Sequence record: SRR33789315_16
Reading direction: 5' to 3' (one strand)
DNA length: 63,069 bases
Below, piece by piece: positions 8,426 to 17,400 of this stretch. The position numbers and the translations under genes are program-made. The stretch's first letter is position 1, and each line of letters opens with the position of its first letter. A model generated the notes under the pieces. That model was not told where the DNA came from. It searched no databases and saw only the letters and a program-made list of their open reading frames with translations.

Positions 8426-9877
8426 CTATTTAAAGAAACCGCCACCCCATGGGCCCTTTCCTTTACCTTTTTTCGGCTTTTTACCCATTCCTGGCTGTTG
8501 ACGAAAGCCTGGCGCACCGCCTCCTGGCATTCCCGGCATCCCAGGCATTCCCGGCATCCCACCACCTTTCATCATTTGCATCATCCCGCCCATCATTTTT
8601 TCCATTTGGCGAAACTTAGCAATGAAATCTTTAACTGCATTTTCTGTGTTGCCTGAACCTGCAGCAATTCTTTTGATACGAGATTCTTTAACGAGTTTGT
8701 AGTCATCACGTTCTTGCTTCGTCATTGAGTTGATGATCACGCGCATACGCTTCATTTCATCTTCGGCAGGAGAGAGATCTCCGACTTGTCTAAGCATTCC
8801 ACCCATACCAGGAATCATTTTTAAAATGCCTGACATACTACCAAGCTTTCCGATCATATCCATTTGCTTCATGAAATCGTCGACGGTGAATTTACCTTTT
8901 TCAAGGTTCTTCATCATTTTTTCGGCTTCTTTTTCATCGATATTTTCTTGCGCCTTCTCAACTAATGAAACAACGTCACCCATATCGAGAATACGGCTGG
9001 CTAGACGATCAGGATGGAATAACTCCAAGTCCTTCATCTTCTCGCCCATTGATATGAAGCGGATTGGAACGCCTGTTACGTGACGGATAGAAAGCGCGGC
9101 ACCACCTCTTGCATCAGAGTCCATTTTTGACAGGACAACACCAGTTAGCCCAATAGTTTCATGAAAACTTTTAGCCACGTTAACGGCTTCTTGTCCGGTC
9201 ATAGCGTCAGCGACTAAAAGAACTTCAGGGTTTTCACCTTTAATGGCTTCTTTAACTTCTTTAATTTGAAGCATCAGCGCTTCATCGACGTGAAGACGAC
9301 CAGCCGTATCGATGATCAATACGTCTTTATGTAGTTTTTTAGCTTCAGCAATGGCAGCTAGAGCAATATCTTTTGGATGCATGGAGAGATCAGAATCAAA
9401 CCAATCAACATCAATTTGCTTGGCCAAAGTGATCAGCTGATCTTTAGCCGCTGGACGAAATGTATCGGCAGGAACAAGAAGTGATTCTTTTTTCTTTTTG
9501 GTGCGAAGAAAGTTTGAAAGCTTACCAGAAAAAGTTGTTTTACCTTGTCCGTTTAGGCCAACAACTAAAACAACTTTAAGTCCTGGTTTTTCCCAATCAA
9601 CTTCTTCAGACTCAACACCCATAACGGCGCCAAGTTCATCTTGTACGATTTTAATAAATTGCTCAGACGGATTAACGCCCGAGAGAACTTTTTCGCCAAG
9701 AGCTTTTTCTTTAACTGCAGCAGTGAATGACTTCACTACTTTAAAGTTAACGTCAGCTTCTAAAAGGGCTTTACGAACCATGCCCATGGCTTCTTCAATA
9801 TTGTCTTCGCTTAAGCGGCTTTTACCTTGAAGTGTTTTAAAGGCATCAGAAAATTTCTCAGATAAATTATCAAACAT
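8426..9877 (-). CDS. ffh: Signal recognition particle protein Ffh
   Basis: ALLEADV, GLNGQGKTT, DTFRPAA, DTAGRL, DARGGAALS, Met-rich M domain. Confidence 0.98.
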   Translation of the reverse strand: MFDNLSEKFSDAFKTLQGKSRLSEDNIEEAMGMVRKALLEADVNFKVVKSFTAAVKEKALGEKVLSGVNPSEQFIKIVQDELGAVMGVESEEVDWEKPGLKVVLVVGLNGQGKTTFSGKLSNFLRTKKKKESLLVPADTFRPAAKDQLITLAKQIDVDWFDSDLSMHPKDIALAAIAEAKKLHKDVLIIDTAGRLHVDEALMLQIKEVKEAIKGENPEVLLVADAMTGQEAVNVAKSFHETIGLTGVVLSKMDSDARGGAALSIRHVTGVPIRFISMGEKMKDLELFHPDRLASRILDMGDVVSLVEKAQENIDEKEAEKMMKNLEKGKFTVDDFMKQMDMIGKLGSMSGILKMIPGMGGMLRQVGDLSPAEDEMKRMRVIINSMTKQERDDYKLVKESRIKRIAAGSGNTENAVKDFIAKFRQMEKMMGGMMQMMKGGGMPGMPGMPGMPGGGAPGFRQQPGMGKKPKKGKGKGPWGGGFFK

Positions 9878-10513
9878 CTACAGCTCCAAACATTTTAAAA
9901 TCTGCTCTGGTTTATCACACCAAAACTCAGGGATAAACTCTCCAAAGTTCTCTTTTTCGGCATGTTCGCCCCAAAGAGCTCCAACAGACTTGATACCATA
10001 AAGCTTTGCGCCCTGAATGTCAGTGTAACTGTCGCCAATATGTAAACAATTAGACTTGTCTTCGCCGTCTAAAAGCTTAGCTAAGCCCGCTGGATGCGGC
10101 TTAGGTGTAATGTCATCGGCACAGACTAATTCTTCAAAGAATTTAAGTAGATCGGCCGATTTAAGAATTTCTAATGTCGAAGCACGGTCTCTACCAGTCC
10201 ATACTACTAACCTGCATCCAGAAGCTTCTAAAGCTTGAAGCAGAGAGCTTATGCCAGGGTAAGCCTTAGCTCTAGCGGATTGTGCCGAAAGCTCGCTCCA
10301 ACGCTTTAGCAAACGCTCTGGATTTGAAAAATCGAGGTTGAAGTTCTTTGCGCACCGAAGCATGTCGGCATCATACTTACTTCTCACTTCATCCATACTG
10401 ACATCAGTACCTAATTCTTCACTAACAAGTATTTGTAATGTCGAAAGTAGGGCCTCATGGCTTGAGACTAGGGTTCCATCACAATCAAAAACAACGTTCA
10501 TAATTTTCTTCAT
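9878..10513 (-). CDS. HAD-superfamily hydrolase (phosphoglycolate phosphatase-like)
   Basis: FDCDGTL, KPHP and IGDSYTD motifs. Start reassigned to ATG 10513 (MKKIMNVVFD) to avoid overlap with dusB. Confidence 0.88.
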   Translation of the reverse strand: MKKIMNVVFDCDGTLVSSHEALLSTLQILVSEELGTDVSMDEVRSKYDADMLRCAKNFNLDFSNPERLLKRWSELSAQSARAKAYPGISSLLQALEASGCRLVVWTGRDRASTLEILKSADLLKFFEELVCADDITPKPHPAGLAKLLDGEDKSNCLHIGDSYTDIQGAKLYGIKSVGALWGEHAEKENFGEFIPEFWCDKPEQILKCLEL

Positions 10514-10556
10514 AGGTTGACGACGCTCCAAGTCCACTACTATAAAGGCGCTGATT

Positions 10557-11636
10557 ATGTTTTCCAAGACACTGCAAGATAAAATCGATCGTGCCAAGGC
10601 GCGCATGACTCCAACCAAGCTTGGAAACGTCGAATTTGCGTCGCCGCTTCTGCTCGCCCCCATGTCTGCTATTTGTAATGCACCTTTTAGACGTTTGATG
10701 GAAGATCTTGGTGCTGGCGGAACAGTCAGTGAGCTGATTTCTTGTCATGGCATCAATCACGGAAATTTAAGAACCAGGAATATGCTTAAGCTTGACCCTC
10801 ACGAAAAAAATGTAGGGCTGCAGCTGTTCGGTGAAGATCCTAAGGCCATGGCATTAGCAGCGAAGGTTGCCAATGATCACAACCCAAAATTTGTCGACAT
10901 CAATATGGGTTGTCCGGTGAAAAAAGTTGTTTCAAAAGGTGGAGGCTCTGCCCTTCTTAAAGACACTTCTGCGCTTGGGAATTTTTTTGGGACTATTAAA
11001 AAAGAATTAACCATTCCTCTGACTATTAAAATTAGAACTGGTTGGGATAGTGACCATCTTAATGCTGATGAAGTTATTCATATCGCCAAAGAGGAAGGTG
11101 TTGAGTTTGTCGCCATTCATGGACGAACAAGAACTCAGCAATACACCGGTGATGCTAACTGGGAATACTTAGAAAAGATGGCACAGATTTCTCCTCTTCC
11201 TGTTATTGGAAACGGGGATCTTCACACGGCCAGCGCCACCAAAGAAAGAATGGAGAAAACCCACTGTCCGGCATTGATGCTTGGACGTGGACCACTTCGT
11301 GATCCTTTTATTTTTTTAGACTCATATATAAAACCAGAAGATCAAATTCGTTTTAGCGCGCTAGATTATCTGGAGGTCATTCAAAAACTTTTTGATTATA
11401 TGAATGGTCATACCGAAGTAGAAAAAACGTTAGTTATTCAAATGCGAAAACATATTATGTGGTTTGCCGCCGGATTTGATGGGGTCACTCATTTTAGACG
11501 CGGGCTTTTTGAGCATAATAATGTTGATGAAACTCTAAAATATACGGAAAATTATTTTAATGACCTTACTCAACGTGGAATGGCCTTTAAGAGAATTGAT
11601 CATAGCCAAGCTTTCATGACTTCTGGCCACGGTTAG
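10557..11636 (+). CDS. dusB: tRNA-dihydrouridine synthase (DusB-like)
   Basis: LAPM, QLFG, DINMGCP, KIRTGW, HGRT, GNGD motifs. Confidence 0.9.
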   Translation: MFSKTLQDKIDRAKARMTPTKLGNVEFASPLLLAPMSAICNAPFRRLMEDLGAGGTVSELISCHGINHGNLRTRNMLKLDPHEKNVGLQLFGEDPKAMALAAKVANDHNPKFVDINMGCPVKKVVSKGGGSALLKDTSALGNFFGTIKKELTIPLTIKIRTGWDSDHLNADEVIHIAKEEGVEFVAIHGRTRTQQYTGDANWEYLEKMAQISPLPVIGNGDLHTASATKERMEKTHCPALMLGRGPLRDPFIFLDSYIKPEDQIRFSALDYLEVIQKLFDYMNGHTEVEKTLVIQMRKHIMWFAAGFDGVTHFRRGLFEHNNVDETLKYTENYFNDLTQRGMAFKRIDHSQAFMTSGHG

Positions 11637-11717
11637 AAAATCGCCAATCTTCATTGGCAGCACTACAAATACATTCAAAATATAATTTCAATGAGTTAGC
11701 TCAAATAAGGCTTATTG

Positions 11718-11745
11718 TTTAGTTTTTTACTCAAGTAACCGAAAA
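11718..11745 (+). promoter_or_regulatory. Candidate sigma28 (FliA)-like promoter
   Basis: TTTAGTTT-N12-ACCGAAAA versus consensus TAAAGTTT-N11-GCCGATAA; followed by AGGAG SD. Confidence 0.4.
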
Positions 11746-11765
11746 GTTAGGAGATAATAGCTAAA

Positions 11766-14201
11766 ATGATAAAATTTAAAGGCAGCTTTACTATGAAAAC
11801 AAATCAACCATTTAAGAAATTCATTCATACGAAAGTTCTTATCGCATTGGGATTGTCTTCACTATCTACTTTTACATTTTCTCAAACTTGTTCAGAACTA
11901 AGTACCAGCCTTAACTCAATTCAAGCAAAACAATATAATCTGATGAGCGGCGAAGGCGATGATGCCAAAAGGTTAATTGAATTAGAAAAAGATCATGATG
12001 CTACCCTATCGCAATTAACAATTATTCACGAACTCCATAAGCTGAATGATGAATATTTTAAAACATTAAAACGTGATGCCATACCAATTAGTGAAAATGG
12101 TTTTGATGATGTACTTTCAATCATCAATAGCGTTTCAAGTGATGACCTTACAGATAAAGAAACTCAAAGAAAAATTAAACATCTTTCAGTTCTTGAAAAT
12201 ATGGCAACAATGGACTCGCTCTTATCTGAAATGCGAAACGCTGATAATGTAAATGAAAGTTTATTTAGAGTTAGCTCTATTCCAGAAGGAAGCTCTTTTA
12301 CTCAAGAGGTCGAGGGAAAAGTTAATCAAATAATCGCTTCATGCGTCGCAAGTACTAGCACGAATAGAAGTAATCTTTGTAAGTCTTTAACCCAAGAAAA
12401 AAGTGATTCAGCCAGAGAGCTCGTCAAAGGCTTTATTACGGCATTTACTGCAGACCAAACTAGCCGTGCAACTCCTGAGTCTAGAAAACAAACTCTAGAC
12501 AACTATCATGCCATCCTTCGAAATGGTCTTGATCCTAGCTCTGACTTATTTCAACTGTTTCAAGATGCTAAGGCCGTTGCTGCAACTTCAGAGTCATCAC
12601 AAATAATTGCTCGTGTTAGAAGTTATGCTAATAGCAGCACTGTTAGTGGTGGTGTTACTACAGTCACTAAAAATGAAAATATTAAAAACCTCGAATACGC
12701 TTATTGCTGTACGCTTTCAAATATTCGAGCAAATCAAAGGGATGCATGTAAGGAAGGCTCTGGCTTCCAAAATGATAGAGTTAGTTGTGATAGTTATACA
12801 AACAAAGTCCCAAATAGTTTAAAAGATGTTCTCGAAACATTTGTAAATTACGAGAGCAGAGTTTATTCAAGCCTCAATTATGATTTTGATCGCGTTAATC
12901 CAGAGAGCTTAATGGATAAAGAAAGTCTACGAGCTCAAAAAACAATATTTAACCAAAATAATGCTCTTTCAACATATGTTCAAACAGTGACAGGTGGACT
13001 GAGTTTTCTTGGTACAGGTAATGCCTCTTCAAACATCTCTAATTCATTTAGTGAATTAACTGAAGGCTCAACAAAAATTGACAGTACTGTTAAAAGTTTA
13101 ATGGCTCGCCTAGGTGTTATTTTTAGAAGAGGAAAAATAAATGCTCCAGATGGAAGAAACTTTCCAACAGGCAAAGCTTTTCTGTCATCAGGCATTGAAG
13201 AGCAAGATCGCCCAAGAATCACATCAGAGGTCAATAAACGTATTTGTGATATTGCAAAGAAAATTGATCAAAGTAAGCAATGTGACAATACAGAATATGT
13301 AACAGTAGGAGCGAATGGCTTTGAACTTAAAGATAATGACGAATTACTCTCTGTTTTTGGCAATGGTGCCGAACTTCACCGTATTTGGGAAGATGAACAA
13401 AAACTTTATCAAGATAAACTGGCTGACATTAAAGCAAAAATTAATGCTCTAAAAGCTAAACCTGAGTATGCCCACTTAGAACAAATTAAAAACTTTATGG
13501 TTCTAGATTTTCAAGCAAGATGTAATTATAAAACAGAGGATAATGATATTAAAATTTCAGGCTGTAATGCTGATTTAGATGGTAATCCGGCTATTGATTA
13601 CTTAGTTGCAGATGTTAATGGTATCTCAAATGCATTACTTGCGGAATATGACCCTAACAAAATTCAAAACTACAATTTAGCTAATGCTTCACTTCAACAG
13701 CGCAGGACGATTCTTGGTAATATGAACGGCGCCTGTCAGGGCCTAACAAGATTGAATACAGAGAAACCTAATCAAGGCTTCTCAAGTCCAGCAATAACTG
13801 CTGTATGCGGTCGTGTAGTCTCTATGAATACTGAAGCGTCGATAACTACGGCTTATGAGCGTGGCCAACGAATTGAGAGTCGTGGCTACAGACTTACAGG
13901 CGATGGTAACTACAAAAAGAAGAAATCTACCGGCAGTCAAATTGGTCTTGGAGTTCTTCAAGGTTTAGGCAACAGCGCTGGAACACTTGTAGGAACATTT
14001 GCTCAGGGTAGAATTTTAAATGATAGTCTTCCCTACCAAGAACGTTATATTTATAATCAAATGGATCAGCAATATGCCTATAATTGGTATCAACAAAATG
14101 CTCAACCAAACTACTTCTACCCAGGGATGAATAATCCATATTACTTGCCTCAATTTGGTGGGTACTCAGGTGGCTATAATTTTAATGCCACTGGATTGTA
14201 G
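11766..14201 (+). CDS. Large secreted hypothetical protein with helical/coiled-coil segments and Gly/Tyr/Asn/Gln-rich C-terminus
   Basis: 811-aa ORF with signal-peptide-like N-terminus, paired Cys and a low-complexity tail; no family recognised. Confidence 0.85.
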   Translation: MIKFKGSFTMKTNQPFKKFIHTKVLIALGLSSLSTFTFSQTCSELSTSLNSIQAKQYNLMSGEGDDAKRLIELEKDHDATLSQLTIIHELHKLNDEYFKTLKRDAIPISENGFDDVLSIINSVSSDDLTDKETQRKIKHLSVLENMATMDSLLSEMRNADNVNESLFRVSSIPEGSSFTQEVEGKVNQIIASCVASTSTNRSNLCKSLTQEKSDSARELVKGFITAFTADQTSRATPESRKQTLDNYHAILRNGLDPSSDLFQLFQDAKAVAATSESSQIIARVRSYANSSTVSGGVTTVTKNENIKNLEYAYCCTLSNIRANQRDACKEGSGFQNDRVSCDSYTNKVPNSLKDVLETFVNYESRVYSSLNYDFDRVNPESLMDKESLRAQKTIFNQNNALSTYVQTVTGGLSFLGTGNASSNISNSFSELTEGSTKIDSTVKSLMARLGVIFRRGKINAPDGRNFPTGKAFLSSGIEEQDRPRITSEVNKRICDIAKKIDQSKQCDNTEYVTVGANGFELKDNDELLSVFGNGAELHRIWEDEQKLYQDKLADIKAKINALKAKPEYAHLEQIKNFMVLDFQARCNYKTEDNDIKISGCNADLDGNPAIDYLVADVNGISNALLAEYDPNKIQNYNLANASLQQRRTILGNMNGACQGLTRLNTEKPNQGFSSPAITAVCGRVVSMNTEASITTAYERGQRIESRGYRLTGDGNYKKKKSTGSQIGLGVLQGLGNSAGTLVGTFAQGRILNDSLPYQERYIYNQMDQQYAYNWYQQNAQPNYFYPGMNNPYYLPQFGGYSGGYNFNATGL

Positions 14202-14240
14202 AAAATCAGCAATTTTTGTTGGCTATCTTGAAAAACCCAT

Positions 14241-14272
14241 AATACCCAGACTCTAAAGCTGGGTATTTTTTT
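14241..14272 (+). terminator. Rho-independent terminator
   Basis: AATACCCAG/CTGGGTATT stem followed by T-run. Confidence 0.7.
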
Positions 14273-14367
14273 GCCTTAATTCTAGTGACTTAGAGGCCCT
14301 TCCATTAATCCCCCTATTCCCGACTGTCCTACTCCGGAAAACTAGTACAATAGAGTGGTGGAAGTTT

Positions 14368-14394
14368 TAAGAACAAATCCAGAAATTCCGAAGA
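14368..14394 (+). promoter_or_regulatory. Candidate sigma28-like promoter
   Basis: TAAG-N15-TCCGAAGA just upstream of SD GAGGTG and ATG 14418. Confidence 0.4.
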
Positions 14395-14417
14395 GTTACC
14401 GTGAGGTGGTATCACGG

Positions 14418-17400
14418 ATGAATAGCTTATCCTCGAGTTTAATAATTCTATTGGCATTATTTTTTGCGGCATGTGTCCCGCAGTCGCCGAAGTCTACTCG
14501 AAAATCATCTAAGGCAGCTTCAACTGGTGCAACTGCAACTCCTACACCAAGCGCTCCAACTTTCTCAGGCAATGCCTATTGGTACAACGGACAAGTCGTT
14601 AACGGTGTCTTAGAAATCCCTGACACTTTTTCATCGGTTGTCTACATCCGCGGGACGTCAGTTAATAATTTTCTAGCGCAATCTTCAGCTCAAATGAGTG
14701 CAGTTTATTGTACTGTTATCAGTTTTAATAACACTGGTTCAAAAGATCAGCTTAGAGTTAGAGCTGTTCCACTTACATTTAATAATTTTCAAACGGGTCA
14801 ACTCGAAAGACTTTTTAGAATTGATATGAACTTAGCATCAAGTGAATGTGACGGTGCGGTTGGAAATTTAGGTCAACTTGTTTCAAGAGCACCATTTTAT
14901 CTAGGAAATACTTCTTATCTGGCCGTAACTAACGGAACTACAGGTAAAGGTATTTATTATAATGCATCACCTGGGGCAACATTCAGTTCAAGATCTTTCA
15001 ACGATGTTAAAGATTCAAACGGAAACTCTTTACTTTCTAATACAGTTAATAAAATTTATGCTCATGGTACTACTGTCGTTGTTGGGACTCAGTCTGGACT
15101 TGGTCTTTCTTTAAATAGCGCTTCGACTTTCAGCGCACCAACGACTTTTAAAAATAAAAATATCTCTGCCATTGGTGGAATCAATTCTAAATGGGCAGTA
15201 GCGGCTGATAACCAGCTTTATATCACTGGTGATAACGGCGTCACTTTTAACAGTTTTTCATATACAGCTGGTACACCTATCATCAACAAAATTGTTGGTA
15301 TCCAAAGTATTTCTGATTACATTTTTATTTCTACAAGCTCAGGTGTCTTTTATACTGTGAATGATGGTGCATCATTCACTCAACTAACAGCTTCGACATC
15401 AAACGGTATTAGTGTAGGTGGCGGTAAACTTTTTGTTGCCACAAACTCTGGTCTTTTAAAATATGATATTTCAGCTGGTGGTGCTCCAGTATCACAAGGA
15501 AGCTTAACCACCGGAAACGGTCTTGGTAGTAATATCATTAACGATGTCGCCGTCAACTCAGCAAGTATTTATATCGCAACTTCTGCCGGACTATCTGTTG
15601 GACTTATTAATGCCGTCGCCTTTACTAATACTGTTCTTAGCGGCGGTGAACCAAAAGAAGTCGCTGCTGCTCTAGATAATGCTGTCGTCACCATGTCTGG
15701 TGGTGGCACTGTTTACTATGATGGTGCCTTAGTTATTACCCCAAGTTTAACCACAAAAACATTTGAGATAGATGATGTCTGTCCTACATGCTCAAGTCTT
15801 ACTTCGACTAACGTAGCTCTTTATCAAATTTCTGCTGGCGCTATTGATGACACAACAAGAGTTAGCAGCCTTGACTCTGCCATCGGTGCCTTAGGCCTTA
15901 AGATTTCAGGTAATGGAAGCTCCGGTGGCTCAGGTGGAACATGTACGAATAATGATTGTCAGGCCCAAGGCTTTGACTGCTGTTTAGAAAACCAGTGTGT
16001 TATTGATTCGACAGAAAGACCTGGAGCAGCGGCATCACTTGATCCATTATATTATTCACAAGCACAAAATGATGTCGCTCTAAACGCTCAACTTTTTGTG
16101 AATTACCCAGATGTCTATTATGTCTGTACTCAAGCTCCTCCAGTCACAACAACACCTACTCCGCAACCTGATGCAGTAGCAACAGCGGCGGCTAGACTTC
16201 AAGAAGAGTATGCACAATATCTTTGTCTTCAAGGTGCAGCGGAAGATCCAGTTAATTTTGCGAATTGTATAGATGGTGACGGTGACTCTGATAATGATGA
16301 AGACGATTATAATCTCATCAGACTAAGAGTTTGGGATCGTTGTGGTTGTGAAGCTGAACCATTAGAACAACCATACTGTCCTGATTATGGTCTTACGGCA
16401 ACATTTGATAGTAATGGAAATGTTCAAACAGTATCTTGTTTAATTCCACCTCCAGATGTTCAACCTACTCCATTTCAAAGTTTAAGTATTAATATACCAG
16501 CTAAATCTGTACCTCATCGATTCTTTAGAAGTGTCGATGGGAAAAAAGTCGATGATATCTCAACGATCTCTAATATCACGCCAGAGATTGTTCCAGAGGG
16601 AACGCCATTTGCTTACCTAGATGAATCAAGCAAGACCGCTCCTTTAGACTCTCCATATAATATGAATGATATTTTAGGCCAGATGTCAGTTAGCCTTACA
16701 CGCGCTCTTCCAGCAAAAGTTATTAAACTAGAATTTGGTGCTGATTACATTGTTTCGGCCACAAGTGGATTCTATACACCATGTCCACAATGTGCTCGAG
16801 ATGCTTGGTATGATTCATTTACCGCGCACCCTTCTTCACGCGATGGGCTTGGTGTTCAAGCAATCGGATACACAACAAGAAGGGACATACTTTCGAATAA
16901 CTCAAGTTTTGGTAACTACGAAGATACTATTTTTGGTCGTGCCTGTTGGGTACCACCTACGATGATTGCCTTTACCCACAAGCCTGAAGCATCAGTCATG
17001 GCACAAAGAGAAGCAAGACTTCGTGCTCAAGCTGCACTTTGGGTCAATGGTTATCAACGTGATTGGTATGGCTTTAATAAAGGGGCACTAATTGGATCTT
17101 TTGATGGCGTGAAGTGGTTTGCCATTGGCAATGGTCGAAAAGTGACTTCTACAAGCGAAAGTCTTTTCCTTGCTATTAATGCACCATTTGGAGACCTTGC
17201 TGATACAACTGATATAGCAGTTAATATTGTTGCCGATTTAGGAAACAACAGTGTTGCCAATGTTGATTATGACCCTACCGTTCTTCTAAATGACTCTAGA
17301 CAAAATAGAGCTGGCAGCTGCCAACGCTTCCATATTTGTGAAAAAGACATTGATTGCGTTTCAAGACTAGGCTGGGAATACACCTGTGCCAATGTAGACG

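Noticed and set aside
8515-8570. 9-bp tandem repeat encoding GMPGMPGMPGMP
   Set aside because: Ordinary Gly/Met/Pro low-complexity tail of Ffh; not a CRISPR or mobile repeat.
9875-9880. In-frame TAG-ATG junction HAD to ffh (same arrangement plsB-like to folE at 55237-55242), suggesting read-through fusion or TAG recoding
   Set aside because: Both partners are complete standalone proteins and many other genes here end correctly at TAG; simple translational coupling explains it.
14355-14417. GTG start of the giant ORF given in the track
   Set aside because: ATG 14418 has an SD and puts the lipoprotein signal peptide at the N-terminus.
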